A stretch of 64,000 nt of DNA. Origin: an uncultured virus (IMG/VR IMGVR_UViG_3300044557_000566) (lineage: Duplodnaviria > Heunggongvirae > Uroviricota > Caudoviricetes). Below the pieces are notes generated by a model. It ran no database searches, was not told the DNA's origin, and worked only from the letters and a program-made list of their open reading frames with translations. This document shows, piece after piece, positions 47,167 to 58,724 of the stretch. The stretch's first letter is position 1, and every line of letters starts with the position of its first letter. The position numbers and the translations under genes are program-made. The stretch lies in the IMG/VR virus record IMGVR_UViG_3300044557_000566; one strand, written 5' to 3'.

Positions 47167-48411
47167 CTATATGATCTTTTCACCCTTCTCCAACGCTTGC
47201 TCAAGCACGCCAGCGCACTGATAGGAAAGCATCCTGTTACGCATGTGATACATTCTTAAATCATTCTCGTCCATGAACTCGGGATGCTCATCAATATCCC
47301 TCTTGATCTCGTTGATGATCTCCGACGCGTGATCAATAGGAATCCCACCCACACCCTTGGTTCCCTTAAGAACGCCGGGAATGCCCTTAGACGTGGGCAC
47401 AAGCGCGATGTACGCTTTCACGGAATTGGGGTCATTACGACCTAAGGTCTTTACGATAGCGTCCCTGGATATCTCATCGGAATGAGAGAGGTCATACGTC
47501 TTTGACTCCGCGTGCTCGTCCAGATAATCATAGACCTTGTCCACGTCACCATAATTCTTGTACAGGGTGTCACGGATATCCCTAATCCCCTTCCAATCAG
47601 GATCATTCATATGGACTAACTGGAGGTATGACTTGTTATGATTCCACGTGGCCCAATGCTCCCGAAGGTAATCATGATCACGTTCGGGAACATAATACTT
47701 CGCGTCAATGATCCATGTCCTCCTCCCATACCTGATCATGCAGTCAACGTCAATGTCATACCTATCATCAGGACTCTTCATCGACCAGAACGACACGACA
47801 TTTGGGACGCTCAGGATTCCTGACTCCTGTAGCATCCCGGCTAGGATCCGCTCGCCCTTAGCACCAATAGCACCGCGACCCTCGAACTTGTCGACCATGG
47901 CCACACCATACCCCGGAGTCCCGAAGGTAGAATCCTTGGGGAGCAGCTTGACGGCATCTTCGTACTGCTGCACGCTTACGCCTGGAGCGGGCTGCCTTAG
48001 GATCGGGTCATCTGAGAGGAGTGGATTCGTCTTAAGCTCTTCAGCTACCAGCGGGTCGATAGCATAGAACTTCTGGAATCTCTCCACCGGATCGCCGTAC
48101 AAGAGCCATACGATGAACACGACGCCGACCGCCGGGAGGAATATGATCGCATGGAATGGTATCTCTACGAGTGCAAGAACCCCGTATATGCTAGTAACGA
48201 TAAGAGCCGGGTATGGATTGTTTTTACTCACGGGGTCTTCAAGATAGTCTTTGAACTGCTTGGCAGATATCCACGCCACTGCTATGGCGATCGGCCATCT
48301 CAACCATGGACTCTTGATGAATACTCCGATAGCCAGTACAATGGCTGCTATAACCGTGTACTCAGCGATCATCCCAATGGAAGCACCAATACCGTTCTTA
48401 TTCTTATTCAT
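47167..48411 (-). CDS. Membrane protein with NERD/PD-(D/E)xK-like domain
   Basis: N-terminal TMs; GAKGE...DIDVDC...IIDAKYY. Confidence 0.65.
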   Translation of the reverse strand: MNKNKNGIGASIGMIAEYTVIAAIVLAIGVFIKSPWLRWPIAIAVAWISAKQFKDYLEDPVSKNNPYPALIVTSIYGVLALVEIPFHAIIFLPAVGVVFIVWLLYGDPVERFQKFYAIDPLVAEELKTNPLLSDDPILRQPAPGVSVQQYEDAVKLLPKDSTFGTPGYGVAMVDKFEGRGAIGAKGERILAGMLQESGILSVPNVVSFWSMKSPDDRYDIDVDCMIRYGRRTWIIDAKYYVPERDHDYLREHWATWNHNKSYLQLVHMNDPDWKGIRDIRDTLYKNYGDVDKVYDYLDEHAESKTYDLSHSDEISRDAIVKTLGRNDPNSVKAYIALVPTSKGIPGVLKGTKGVGGIPIDHASEIINEIKRDIDEHPEFMDENDLRMYHMRNRMLSYQCAGVLEQALEKGEKII

Positions 48412-48645
48412 ATGATGAAAATATCATCAAAAATACCCTATGGCAAAAAGATCCTCTATGACCATTCATCTTATCGTCATCTACTGATAACAGCAATTCA
48501 TATTCTAATAGACATCATGATGATAAGAACGTTGAGATCATGCGCTTATAAGACGTGACGGGAAAGATTGACCGCTCTGTAGAAGCTATTCCTCACGAGA
48601 ATAAGCTATGAGTGAAAAGGAAGAACATTGAGCTAGATCAGGAAA

Positions 48646-49290
48646 TCATCTGGACGGCAATGAGTCCACGTGATGGTCAACGGTTGAGCCACCTGCCGTC
48701 TCGTCAGCACTTGACGTTTCATCCAGCTCCTCACGATGAGCTAGATCATTAACCACAGCGTCCATATTGATAGGATCATTAGAAGTAGTGCCCCCACTCA
48801 CCGCCCGAACAATCATCATGTTCCTCTTATGGTCATATGAAGACACGATGACCTCCTGATCCCCATCAACAGGATCCTGGCTCACGAAGAACATCCGTTG
48901 ACTACCAGATCCGAGATCAATCATCATTGATCCAATCTCACCGGGATCAACATGATCAGTTGATCTCCCAATGATTCCAATAGAACGCGCTTGTGATTGC
49001 TCCTCACCATTAGACGAGTGCTTGAGCATCCATGACATGATCTTTATCACGATTGCAGACGCGGCCATACCAGATAAGCCAGCAATCCCAACCGTGGTGA
49101 AGAACGGGAGCCCCAAGCCAAGGGTGATGAGACCAGCACCGCCACCAATGCCCATGAACGCGCCAAGAGCACCGGTGAGGAATGACCCACCGCCTGCCAT
49201 TCCGAAGTCAATACCAATGTCAGATCCGGCTGCGGACAATAGTAAGAGCAATCCTCCAACAGACGTGATTCCAATCATCCATCCAATCAT
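48646..49290 (-). CDS. NfeD-like membrane protein
   Basis: Gly-rich TMs then an OB-fold-like tail. Confidence 0.6.
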   Translation of the reverse strand: MIGWMIGITSVGGLLLLLSAAGSDIGIDFGMAGGGSFLTGALGAFMGIGGGAGLITLGLGLPFFTTVGIAGLSGMAASAIVIKIMSWMLKHSSNGEEQSQARSIGIIGRSTDHVDPGEIGSMMIDLGSGSQRMFFVSQDPVDGDQEVIVSSYDHKRNMMIVRAVSGGTTSNDPINMDAVVNDLAHREELDETSSADETAGGSTVDHHVDSLPSR

Positions 49291-50168
49291 TGCCTGTCCC
49301 CATCCACCTCTTCAACCATAGCAACACCGCCAACATGATGCTCAATTGCAGGCAGGTCTATAATAGAGCCATTAATCACATCCCGGCCATGATCGTCTTT
49401 AAGACCGGTTATACCGTACCTGTTCAAGAACATCTTCACCGTTGGATGGACGTGATCATTCCACGACCACTCGACCATGGAATACTTCCAATCTGGGAGC
49501 TTGCTGATGATCTTCGTGGACACGGCCTCATCCAACGCATTCTTGACTCCAGGATTAGACTTTGATGTGGCGAAGGCCTCATCAATCTTGCCATCGGAAT
49601 CTATGCTCATTCGTACCGTCTTTATCTTCACCACCGTCTGACCAGCGTCTGCCTTGAATAACAGCCCGTTGTCAGACAGCCCGCAGGCGATTGGAACATC
49701 ATGATCGAATCGTATGGTCGCCGTGCAGAACACTGGATCCCATGACAATAGATCGGCCTTCACTTCACAGTCCCGATCATTGCCATCATTCTCCACCTCA
49801 TGAGTCAGACTAGATGAATCATTAACCAGATTAGTAGCATCAACGAGGTCTTCCTTATGATCATGCGCGGCGCCCTGAACGCCAGACCCTATGGATTCAA
49901 GGATAGACGCTGGATCCACATGATTCTCGCTAGCAATAAGCAGCGTATCCCGTAGTTCTGTTATCGAGTCATCATCAACACCAACAAGACCATTCTTCTG
50001 TATCGCCCTCACGCCAGCCATCATGATGGCCAGTATGAGATCAGATGGATCAACTGGATCAACATCTATACCTGCTTCCATCAAGACCCTATTCCTGTTC
50101 ACTCTCTTGATGATTGACCTCACCTTGCCAATCATGATTGGATCAACGGGATCATGACCATCGATCAT
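49287..50168 (-). CDS. Hypothetical protein
   Basis: ATGA-coupled ORF. Confidence 0.65.
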   Translation of the reverse strand: MIDGHDPVDPIMIGKVRSIIKRVNRNRVLMEAGIDVDPVDPSDLILAIMMAGVRAIQKNGLVGVDDDSITELRDTLLIASENHVDPASILESIGSGVQGAAHDHKEDLVDATNLVNDSSSLTHEVENDGNDRDCEVKADLLSWDPVFCTATIRFDHDVPIACGLSDNGLLFKADAGQTVVKIKTVRMSIDSDGKIDEAFATSKSNPGVKNALDEAVSTKIISKLPDWKYSMVEWSWNDHVHPTVKMFLNRYGITGLKDDHGRDVINGSIIDLPAIEHHVGGVAMVEEVDGDRQ

Positions 50169-51619
50169 AACTGCCCCTCCAATCTTGACACGTCGTTAGC
50201 AGATGAAAGAATGAAGATCTTTACGTGACCAGTAATTCGTAGCATAAAACCAGATTTGGATCCAACTCTTACACCATTATCATGAATCAAAGTCTTCACC
50301 ACGTCTTTAAGAGCGCTATTCTTATCTGACGAGATTCCATCCACAACTAGTATGATTGATCCTCCAGTCATACCGTAAGCCACCCAGTAGGGGATGGTCA
50401 CAGTTCTACCATCACCAGACACGATGGGAGCATTATCGTCACCTTGCCTCAGTACATGCAATTCAGCTCCGGAACTATCAGCAATCATGGTGAAAATCGA
50501 GTAGTCATGATCGCCGTCACGTCCAATGGTCGGGACCATGAACACTGGATCTTCAATGGTCTTATTGTTATCTGGGCTACTAGCATCCTCGTCACGATCC
50601 TCAGTAACCGTATGGGGAATATCAGACAGTGCCCGATCGTTATCAGTATCATCCTCCATCACTGGACTGTCCTCAGAAGCATTCCCTCCATCTGACAATG
50701 GAAGATCATTGAATCCATTGTACCTCTCAATGAACTTACCAGCCCTCGTGGCAATGTCATCATGATCACCATATGAGGCTATTGCCTGCTCGATGGAATC
50801 AGCAAGATGAACTGGATCTATTGGACTGTCATTAGAATCATGGCCTAACGTGCCGTGACTGTCATTACCATCTGAATCATTCACGCTATCGTCGACTACA
50901 GATGATGAGCACCCAGTCGTGAATCCCGATGGAGCAGACGACCATACGGTCAACGTTCTCAATGATGGGTCCTTTATAAGGTATCCCTGACTCGTCTTCC
51001 CCAGCGTGAAGAATGGGACATTATCCTCATCATCCTCCCCCATTATCAATACGACCACGTCATCGTTAACATCAACGTACCCCCGCACTGTCCCGTAATC
51101 TTCCAAGTGAAGACCGCCGAACGAGGCCTCCACTGGACACCCCTCATATTCTGATACTGGAACAGATCTCACGTCAATTATATCTGGATTGTCTTCATGA
51201 TCGTTCTTATCATGAGAATCTAAACTGCTATAATCGTTCCTAGCAGGATCGGAATACGATCCGGGGGTAGAATCAGGTAACGACCGATCATCATGCTCAT
51301 CAGAAGCCGCGTCAAGCTCATCTGACGTCACCGAGGCTATCACTTCCGCCCACTGCTTGGAGAACATCTTCCTCCTCGCGTCCTCCTCAACGTCGAGACC
51401 ATCAATAGAATTGATCGTATTCCAGAACCTTACCAGGAGCGACCTGTCAACAAGATCATTCGCATCGGGGGCGATTGTTAGACCGTCATACTTGTTGAGA
51501 GATGAGGTAAGATCCCCGCGATTCAGATCAGAAAGAGCTGATTCCTGAATCTTCCTGATCCTCTCTCCCCTGTTATCATCTTCAGACATGTATCCTCCAT
51601 ATGGATCGAGCATTATCAC
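50165..51619 (-). CDS. Hypothetical acidic protein
   Basis: 484-aa ORF. Confidence 0.65.
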   Translation of the reverse strand: MIMLDPYGGYMSEDDNRGERIRKIQESALSDLNRGDLTSSLNKYDGLTIAPDANDLVDRSLLVRFWNTINSIDGLDVEEDARRKMFSKQWAEVIASVTSDELDAASDEHDDRSLPDSTPGSYSDPARNDYSSLDSHDKNDHEDNPDIIDVRSVPVSEYEGCPVEASFGGLHLEDYGTVRGYVDVNDDVVVLIMGEDDEDNVPFFTLGKTSQGYLIKDPSLRTLTVWSSAPSGFTTGCSSSVVDDSVNDSDGNDSHGTLGHDSNDSPIDPVHLADSIEQAIASYGDHDDIATRAGKFIERYNGFNDLPLSDGGNASEDSPVMEDDTDNDRALSDIPHTVTEDRDEDASSPDNNKTIEDPVFMVPTIGRDGDHDYSIFTMIADSSGAELHVLRQGDDNAPIVSGDGRTVTIPYWVAYGMTGGSIILVVDGISSDKNSALKDVVKTLIHDNGVRVGSKSGFMLRITGHVKIFILSSANDVSRLEGQL

Positions 51620-51842
51620 ATGGTACCAAACCGCGCATCATTCTAACCCCCGCCTCTCCTATATTCATCTTATCTCACCTTATCTCACATTGAACAGATT
51701 GATATGAAGATATGAAAAGAACGGCCGTTAATCATTATGAATGTGATACACAGCTTCTTGTCAATGGATAAGATTATAATGGAATCACAAAACCGGTCAT
51801 CGACCACGTCTCGACAATGATCGGTGCAATGGAGTAAAGAGC

Positions 51843-52292
51843 ATGAGAGGAAGAATTCCAATGGCCGCCAAGACAGTAGATTATGATAAGTTCAATGAAG
51901 ACATCCATGATGAGTTGCAATACGGATCTAATGTTCACAGAGCGTTGAGCATAGATTTGAATGGCCTGAATGGATCGATCGTCATTGCACGAGTACTGAC
52001 CAGCATGATCAATCAAGATGATTCTAACGCGCGAGACGGGCAAGATGAGTCCACGTATTCAGAGGTCATCGGCGTGGTGGGGAGATCAAGGGGAGGGTGC
52101 ATGGTCATCAAGCCCGGTAATGATGAAGATGATCCGCTACCGGAAACCACGCCCAGCATCTTCCGGCCAATACGAATCAGCAATCGGAGTTGCCATGCGA
52201 ATCAATCCGTACTGCAATCAGTAAAGAGTCTCATTGCGGTCTATCCTAACCATAAGGGCAAGGTACAGTCAACGATCATATGGTCAATGTAG
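51843..52292 (+). CDS. Hypothetical protein
   Basis: 149-aa ORF with RBS-like purines. Confidence 0.55.
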   Translation: MRGRIPMAAKTVDYDKFNEDIHDELQYGSNVHRALSIDLNGLNGSIVIARVLTSMINQDDSNARDGQDESTYSEVIGVVGRSRGGCMVIKPGNDEDDPLPETTPSIFRPIRISNRSCHANQSVLQSVKSLIAVYPNHKGKVQSTIIWSM

Positions 52293-52356
52293 AGATCCAT
52301 CAGCCAATCCATCTACCATCTTCTATTCCACGAAGAACAAGGTCGACGATTGACCG

Positions 52357-53922
52357 CTACCTCATGAATGGGTTCAATCCAAGATCGTGAAGAGGATCGG
52401 GATGATCGTCAATAATGCTTCCAGGCGTGTCTTTTACGCTATTCTGCTTATCAACTGATTCAGGATCACCAGGTTCGCTCGACGCGGAATCGCCAGTACT
52501 CTTATCCTGACCACCAGAGCCAACAACTGATGGCAGTGCCAGGTTGATTGACTCCTCGGATATTCTGAGTATCTTATCCTTCTCATCGTTGAGAGTCTTG
52601 AGACCAGATTCGGCCGACTTCTTGATGATCATGAGGCCAGAGGAGTCAAGATCATTAATGTCTGACTCAGACAGTTGTATGGCAGCTCTGGTAAGCTCTT
52701 GAACATGATCATCATGATGACTAGACTTGGATAAGTCCTCCAGGTCTAATGAAACCTCGTTAAGCTTATCGAGCCGTTCCCTAACCACTCGCCTCAAATC
52801 TAGGAGACTATCATCAACGGAAGACTCTCGTATATCATCGTCTATAACCCCCGAATCGGTTGAAACGTCATCAAGGGAACCAGTCTCGTACTGATTCGAG
52901 ATCGTACTGGATATGGTTACGGGCTGGTTCATAGGATAAGATCTTGCCGGCAGTCCATGAGCCTGATGCTTCACGTACAAGCTCAGGTACTTCTCGGCCT
53001 CATATGGAGGCAGCTTGCATCCAGACTTCAACGGGCTGCTAGATTCGAACCATATCATCCGCCCATCTTTTGACACGGAAGTACTCTTGACCGACGGGGC
53101 GTATGCCGACCCGTACTTCCCCCCAATGTACCCGTCAATCACTCTGCGCGCCGCGTCGGCAAGCTCTCTTGGAGTAGCGTTACCGTCATCATACTGCCAG
53201 CAGAGCCATCCGGTTGATGTCTCTAGAATGTAACCGGGCCTCCTCATGGATTCGATCATCTTCAGCCGCTTACGCTCACTCAGCCTATTCCGTATCTTCC
53301 CTATACTAACTATGGCCAGTATGCTTAATCCTAACCACCACGAGATGGAGACTCCCACAATCCAGGCTAGGATCAGAAGACCGAATCCACTCGTATTCGT
53401 CTTCTTCCTGATCCTCCTATTCTCCCTTGAGATGATCTCATCTTGTGACCACTTGTCCATAAGATCAGAGTTGAACTCTGTAATCTTGTAAGGATCATAC
53501 GAGGAGAGGTTCTGCATGAGATCGGGTTCTATAGCGTACTGCGGGTCATATGATATGGCTATGGTCTGACTGTCAGACGAACGCCAGTCTGCCGAAGAGA
53601 TCTTGTCATTCTCAATGGTTGAAGCCCATTCCTCGTGACCGGTCTTCCTCATATTGTCAGCAACAGCCTGCAGGATCACGCTCTTATCTGACTTGAGCAC
53701 ATCATACTGGTAACCGTACGGTAATTGCAGGTACAATCCCCCCAACCCACCGTCGAGACTCCTTCTGACCGTCCAGCGTATCGAGTGCTTATCGAGCATG
53801 GATTGACGATAATCCCAGAACGGGTGGAGTCTATCCCCAGTACCGTCAGAATCAATCGTCTTACTAACGAGCTTTGTTCTTGGAAGCAGCCCACTGCCAG
53901 TACTCTGCTTTTTGCTAGTCAT
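52357..53922 (-). CDS. Hypothetical membrane protein
   Basis: 521 aa, central TM hairpin. Confidence 0.65.
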   Translation of the reverse strand: MTSKKQSTGSGLLPRTKLVSKTIDSDGTGDRLHPFWDYRQSMLDKHSIRWTVRRSLDGGLGGLYLQLPYGYQYDVLKSDKSVILQAVADNMRKTGHEEWASTIENDKISSADWRSSDSQTIAISYDPQYAIEPDLMQNLSSYDPYKITEFNSDLMDKWSQDEIISRENRRIRKKTNTSGFGLLILAWIVGVSISWWLGLSILAIVSIGKIRNRLSERKRLKMIESMRRPGYILETSTGWLCWQYDDGNATPRELADAARRVIDGYIGGKYGSAYAPSVKSTSVSKDGRMIWFESSSPLKSGCKLPPYEAEKYLSLYVKHQAHGLPARSYPMNQPVTISSTISNQYETGSLDDVSTDSGVIDDDIRESSVDDSLLDLRRVVRERLDKLNEVSLDLEDLSKSSHHDDHVQELTRAAIQLSESDINDLDSSGLMIIKKSAESGLKTLNDEKDKILRISEESINLALPSVVGSGGQDKSTGDSASSEPGDPESVDKQNSVKDTPGSIIDDHPDPLHDLGLNPFMR

Positions 53923-53968
53923 GAATTCTGCCCTTCATCATTGTCATTCTTACACGATCGTTCTGGTA

Positions 53969-54565
53969 TTAGAAATCAAAGTGAGTCTTCTTCAACGCTG
54001 GACTCTTCCCCTGATCTGAAACCAAACGGAGTCTCCCATTACTCATGTTGATGAGCCCCTTGATCGGTATACTGCTAGTTGTTGGGTACCAGATGACCTT
54101 ATAGTTACCGCCCTTCAGATTATCCACAACAATAGCCTTGCCATCACTGGTGAGCTTGTCCTCCTGGGCTGGGTCATTCAGGAGGATGTTATTGATCTCA
54201 TACGTGTTCACGATGTCCTGGAATCTGATCGTGTTAGCACCTATCGGCGGTAGGAGGAATCCAGTGATGATGGTGACCGCCACAAGACCAGCTGTTCCTA
54301 TGACCCCACTCCTCCACTTATCCCTAATCGTCTCTGGATCGGACGTGTTGATCTTATCCATGATTGACCATTTCTCATTAGTGATATTGTCAACCAGTTG
54401 AGCTGCGACCTTCCACGTGGTGATAGCGACAACAGCGATAACGCTGGCAGCAATGAGCGCGATCATGATCATTCGCTTTACACCACCAGTCTCAACGGCC
54501 ACCGGATAGTCTGCAATACTCACCGCCATGATGGTAATGATAGAAGCCATGCTCATTGTATCCAC
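53969..54565 (-). CDS. Hypothetical membrane protein
   Basis: Several hydrophobic segments. Confidence 0.6.
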   Translation of the reverse strand: MDTMSMASIITIMAVSIADYPVAVETGGVKRMIMIALIAASVIAVVAITTWKVAAQLVDNITNEKWSIMDKINTSDPETIRDKWRSGVIGTAGLVAVTIITGFLLPPIGANTIRFQDIVNTYEINNILLNDPAQEDKLTSDGKAIVVDNLKGGNYKVIWYPTTSSIPIKGLINMSNGRLRLVSDQGKSPALKKTHFDF

Positions 54566-54816
54566 TCTCCATCCAAAGACAAGAACGCTAATTTAAGTAA
54601 GAATAAGATATGAGTAGATTGATGCCACAACTCCATAATTACAGGCAATATGCCTTCATAATCACCCACATGCCGTTTAGACGTGTTCTAACGTGCCATA
54701 GACGCCCCATTAGCATCAGTACGTGTTTTTTTTACGCAACTAGATAGAGTATGAGGAAGGCGCGTTAGAATTGCTTCCAGCGCGCCTTTCAATATTTGCT
54801 GATGAGGATTGGAAGA

Positions 54817-56220
54817 TCACTCACCAGTATCAGATGCAGTTTCCTTTTCCGTGGCCGTCGTGCCTGCAGGCGTGTCGGCAGTCGCGGCCCCATCAGGATC
54901 AGGATTCTGGTGCGCTAGCTCTCTCAGAGACTTCGCGAGATCAACACCGGTGAGCGTGTTCACCAGTGTTGGCAACTTGGCAGCAAGATCGGTTACGAGA
55001 CTAGATGTCCGATCCTGCGCGTCTGTACCAACCGAGGTGATGGTAGCGCCCTCAAGAGGCTTGCTCAGGGATGCGGCAAGCTCAGGCAGCTTCTCGATGA
55101 TGAGTGACTGCAGGGCAGCCTGACCATACTTACGATAGGCCTCCGCCTTCTTGTTCATAGCCTCGGCCTCTGCAAGACCCTGTGCCCTCACAGCGTCAGC
55201 CTTGGCCTCACCCTGCGCTCTAATCGCCTCGGCCTCAGCGACAGCTCGCGCCTTCGTTGCGGCAGCCTCAGCATCAGCATTCTGACGGGTGACCTCGGCC
55301 TGGGCCTCAGCATCAGTCTTCCTCTTGTACTTCTCAGCGTCAGCCTTCGTGTTCACGTCAGACTCAAGACGAACCCTCTGCAGCTTGACGTTCTCAGCTT
55401 CGGCGAGAGCCTCGGCCTCAGCAATCTTCTTATTCTGTGCCTGCTGTTCGAGACTCTTCACGGCCTCAGCGTTCACATCAGCCTTACCGATGTCAGCCTT
55501 AATGCTTGCCTGTTGTAGAGCGAGATCCTTCTGACTCAGAGCGATCTCTCGATCAGCGGCGATCTGCGCTTGCTGGGCTTCCTGCTTAGCATTCGCCTCA
55601 GCAATCGTGGCGGCCTTCTTCACAGACGCTTCCTGAGGAGCACCAAGAGCATCAATATAACCAGTCTGGTCATTGATCTCCTGAATCTGGAGCGTATCCA
55701 GGGACAGCCCCTGAATGGTGATAGAGTCAGCGACCTCATCACGGACAGCCTTCGTGAACTCAAGACGATCAGAGAGAAGACTCTCGACCGTCATCCCGCC
55801 TACGATAGACCTCATCGATCCCTCAATGATTTCCTTCACGTACGGCTCCATGATCTGTTCCTGCCGAGAGAACCTCTGGGCTGCCAGGCGGATGTCCTCA
55901 TCGGTGTTATTCACCTTGAAGGTTGTAACGACCTTGAGGTGGATCTTGATCTTCTCCTTAGAGATGGCATCGCATTCAGTACTGATCTGATGCGACTTGA
56001 GGGAGATGCTCACCACCCTGTTGATGAAAGGCCAGACGAATCCTCCACGATTCTGGAGAACCCTGACCGCTCTGTTCCCATTATCATCTTTACCATTTGA
56101 TCCAGAGATGACGTAGGCCTCGTTGATGGTCGGCGTCTTATACCGGCTCACCAGGAACCATACTAGCAAGATGACGATCAGTATGATTGCTCCTGCGCCT
56201 ATAGGGGTCGAATAATCCAT
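54817..56220 (-). CDS. Flotillin-like SPFH protein
   Basis: GGFVWP, AAQRF, EGSMRSIVG, AEAEA coiled-coil repeats. Confidence 0.9.
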   Translation of the reverse strand: MDYSTPIGAGAIILIVILLVWFLVSRYKTPTINEAYVISGSNGKDDNGNRAVRVLQNRGGFVWPFINRVVSISLKSHQISTECDAISKEKIKIHLKVVTTFKVNNTDEDIRLAAQRFSRQEQIMEPYVKEIIEGSMRSIVGGMTVESLLSDRLEFTKAVRDEVADSITIQGLSLDTLQIQEINDQTGYIDALGAPQEASVKKAATIAEANAKQEAQQAQIAADREIALSQKDLALQQASIKADIGKADVNAEAVKSLEQQAQNKKIAEAEALAEAENVKLQRVRLESDVNTKADAEKYKRKTDAEAQAEVTRQNADAEAAATKARAVAEAEAIRAQGEAKADAVRAQGLAEAEAMNKKAEAYRKYGQAALQSLIIEKLPELAASLSKPLEGATITSVGTDAQDRTSSLVTDLAAKLPTLVNTLTGVDLAKSLRELAHQNPDPDGAATADTPAGTTATEKETASDTGE

Positions 56221-56357
56221 TCATATTCCTTTCCGAGAAATTGAGCCCATTGACTATTATGCATAGCACGAACAGGACTAATCGTCACGTTTCAATGCAT
56301 ACGAGATAATATAATACCATTATTCCAATCAATATGAAATCAATCAATTCGGTATCG

Positions 56358-57293
56358 TCAAATCTTATCCAGGTTATCCAGGAATATTTGATCATCAAAC
56401 GGGTCATGATCACTGTTTTCAAGTTCGGTAACGATCACGTCAATCACGTACTTGTCCTTGGAGGCCTTTCCACCACCGTAGAAGCTTGTATTCTTTATGA
56501 AGTTATTGTTATCATCATGCCATAAGACGCACGTGTCAGTCCCACCGTCTTGCAGTGGCTTCACGGTAGGCCAACAGTTGGGAGCATCGAAGTCGTGCTT
56601 CGTGATCACGTTCGACCTCACGTCAAAACGAACGATACCAGGGAATAAGAGCCTCTTCTCATTCAAGGCCAGCTTCTCCTTGATGTACGACTTCCTATCA
56701 GCGTTGGATCTTCTCCGATCCTGCTTCTCGTGTGTCTTCCTGAACATATTCTTGTACCTGGTTAAGATCTTCGACTCTAATCTGTACTGAAGCTTGACAC
56801 CCCTGAGATCGTCTTCCACCGCCCTGATCTTACCGGACAATTCCACATGCTTGTACGCCGATCGGGGAATCGTTCTATTCTCCGTCTTCAATGCTGACAG
56901 GCCTGACTTCATCTGACTGATCTTATCCTCAAGTGAAGACACGATGCACTTCTGCGCGTCATAATCGTCGAACGCCTTCCTCTCTGTTGGCGTATAGTCA
57001 GTTGAGGACAGATTCCACGAGGAGGGTTCTAGGGCGATGAGACCGAATTCATGCTCTATGGCAGAACCCCATACCTTCTCACCGTATGCTCTCAGCCAGG
57101 CGCTCTTCTGCCGTGACGTGATGTCATTATCACCGGTATTCGACCCCTTGTAATGCTCCCTTGGAATGGTGAACCTCACCCTTAGTACCTTGGGATCATC
57201 AGAGTGAGATGAACGCACCTTGAATCCAGCATCAGTATCGTCTTCGATCACATTACCAGTATCCTGAAATCCATCGGACATGATTAGTACCAC
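56358..57293 (-). CDS. RusA-like resolvase with long coiled-coil insertion (putative)
   Basis: DAPNCWPTVKPLQDG...WHDDN fits the RusA D-N-K-D-DD pattern. Confidence 0.5.
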   Translation of the reverse strand: MVLIMSDGFQDTGNVIEDDTDAGFKVRSSHSDDPKVLRVRFTIPREHYKGSNTGDNDITSRQKSAWLRAYGEKVWGSAIEHEFGLIALEPSSWNLSSTDYTPTERKAFDDYDAQKCIVSSLEDKISQMKSGLSALKTENRTIPRSAYKHVELSGKIRAVEDDLRGVKLQYRLESKILTRYKNMFRKTHEKQDRRRSNADRKSYIKEKLALNEKRLLFPGIVRFDVRSNVITKHDFDAPNCWPTVKPLQDGGTDTCVLWHDDNNNFIKNTSFYGGGKASKDKYVIDVIVTELENSDHDPFDDQIFLDNLDKI

Positions 57294-58315
57294 CCATTAG
57301 AATTGCTATGCTGAGCTGCCGCCGAGGGGGAACCATACCTGGACGCAATGTAATTCAGCCCCCAGTCGACCTGCACCCTGTAATCTGATCTGTACGCATC
57401 GGTCTGGCACTCACTGTGGCCAAGGCATTGCGGGATTCCAGACGCTCCGGATGACGCATTGTATGACGACGGATTCCATCCCGACTCACGATTCCACAAC
57501 CATACGAGAGCACTGAATTCAGATTCACTCCACCCCCGGCTCAAGACCTTAGAGTGAGCATAAGACTGCGCATCCCCGGCCGGCACAGCAGGAGTCATTG
57601 GGGAAGACGCACCTGATGCCGTTGAAGATGGCATCTCCTTAAGATTAGAGTACGCGGATGAGAGGCCATTCATGGTAGCATTCAGGGCCGATGGATCCAA
57701 ACTTTTGTTATGAATGAGGTCATTAGCCGCATTGACGTTAGACGACCATTCAGACCAGCTATCACTCGTGTACTTGTCCTTATCAAGACTCTTGTGATCA
57801 TTCAAGAATCCCTGCATCTTGCCTTTTATACCTATGGCCTTGTCTTGGGTCTCCGCCTGGTTCTTCAAATTGGACTTGAGTTGTTCAGAATCCTCTCCGA
57901 GAGTCCAAGTGCCATCACCAGTGTTAGCGTTCTTCTCGGAAAGGTACTCCCTTTGAAAGTCCCTCGACACTCTACTACCAGAAGACAATGAGTAGTGATC
58001 TTTAACAACGCGAGATTTGGGAGGGATCGCCCGGAGCTTTGCATCTGGCGCGCGGAGATGACCCATTATTGACCACATAACGCTTGTGGCTATCATGACT
58101 GCGATCATAATGACTGCAACAATGATAGCTTTCCTGTTGATATTAATGGGAGCAGCATGCCGCGCTGAACCCGCGCGCTCGTATTCTATTCCACGCCGAT
58201 TCCTAATAGGATCGTCTCTCGTGATCGTCTTATCTGGCTTCATATAAAGAATAGATATGTCCGTCGGGCTTGTTCTTCCGGTAATGTTCATGATAAACGG
58301 CATCAATACAATCAT
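57284..58315 (-). CDS. Lytic transglycosylase (SLT) domain protein
   Basis: LWNRESGWN...GASGIPQ...WGLNYIASRYGSP...GWY. Confidence 0.9.
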   Translation of the reverse strand: MIVLMPFIMNITGRTSPTDISILYMKPDKTITRDDPIRNRRGIEYERAGSARHAAPININRKAIIVAVIMIAVMIATSVMWSIMGHLRAPDAKLRAIPPKSRVVKDHYSLSSGSRVSRDFQREYLSEKNANTGDGTWTLGEDSEQLKSNLKNQAETQDKAIGIKGKMQGFLNDHKSLDKDKYTSDSWSEWSSNVNAANDLIHNKSLDPSALNATMNGLSSAYSNLKEMPSSTASGASSPMTPAVPAGDAQSYAHSKVLSRGWSESEFSALVWLWNRESGWNPSSYNASSGASGIPQCLGHSECQTDAYRSDYRVQVDWGLNYIASRYGSPSAAAQHSNSNGWY

Positions 58316-58722
58316 ATTAGCAAGGGCAATACTAGCGCAATGAGGGTAGCTCCAGCGACAATGAACGCGACGATCTTAACGGTAAGACGCTCAACCTTGA
58401 CCTTCCTCGCGGGACGAGGACGAGTTGGGTCCTCATGCTGCTCCCTCAGCTTTTCCGCTCTGTCCTTCACCCTACGGCTCATAGCCACGGATATTGAAGA
58501 TGAGTCTATGGTCGCATGGCCCTTAGGAGAGGAATCTTCGGAATGGTCATCGCCATTGCTTGGCGGCACGGCATGGGTCTTGTCATCAACGGGATCATTC
58601 CCACTACTCATTGCTGAACGACGGGCCTCCTCGGCCTTTAGATTCTCAACCCTCCTGCTCTCCTTCTCAAGACGCTTCATGCGTTCTTGCCGCTTCCTCC
58701 TTGATGCCGATCTTGACGACAT
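58312..58722 (-). CDS. Hypothetical protein with C-terminal TM
   Basis: Operon-coupled ORF. Confidence 0.6.
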   Translation of the reverse strand: MSSRSASRRKRQERMKRLEKESRRVENLKAEEARRSAMSSGNDPVDDKTHAVPPSNGDDHSEDSSPKGHATIDSSSISVAMSRRVKDRAEKLREQHEDPTRPRPARKVKVERLTVKIVAFIVAGATLIALVLPLLI

Positions 58723-58724
58723 GA

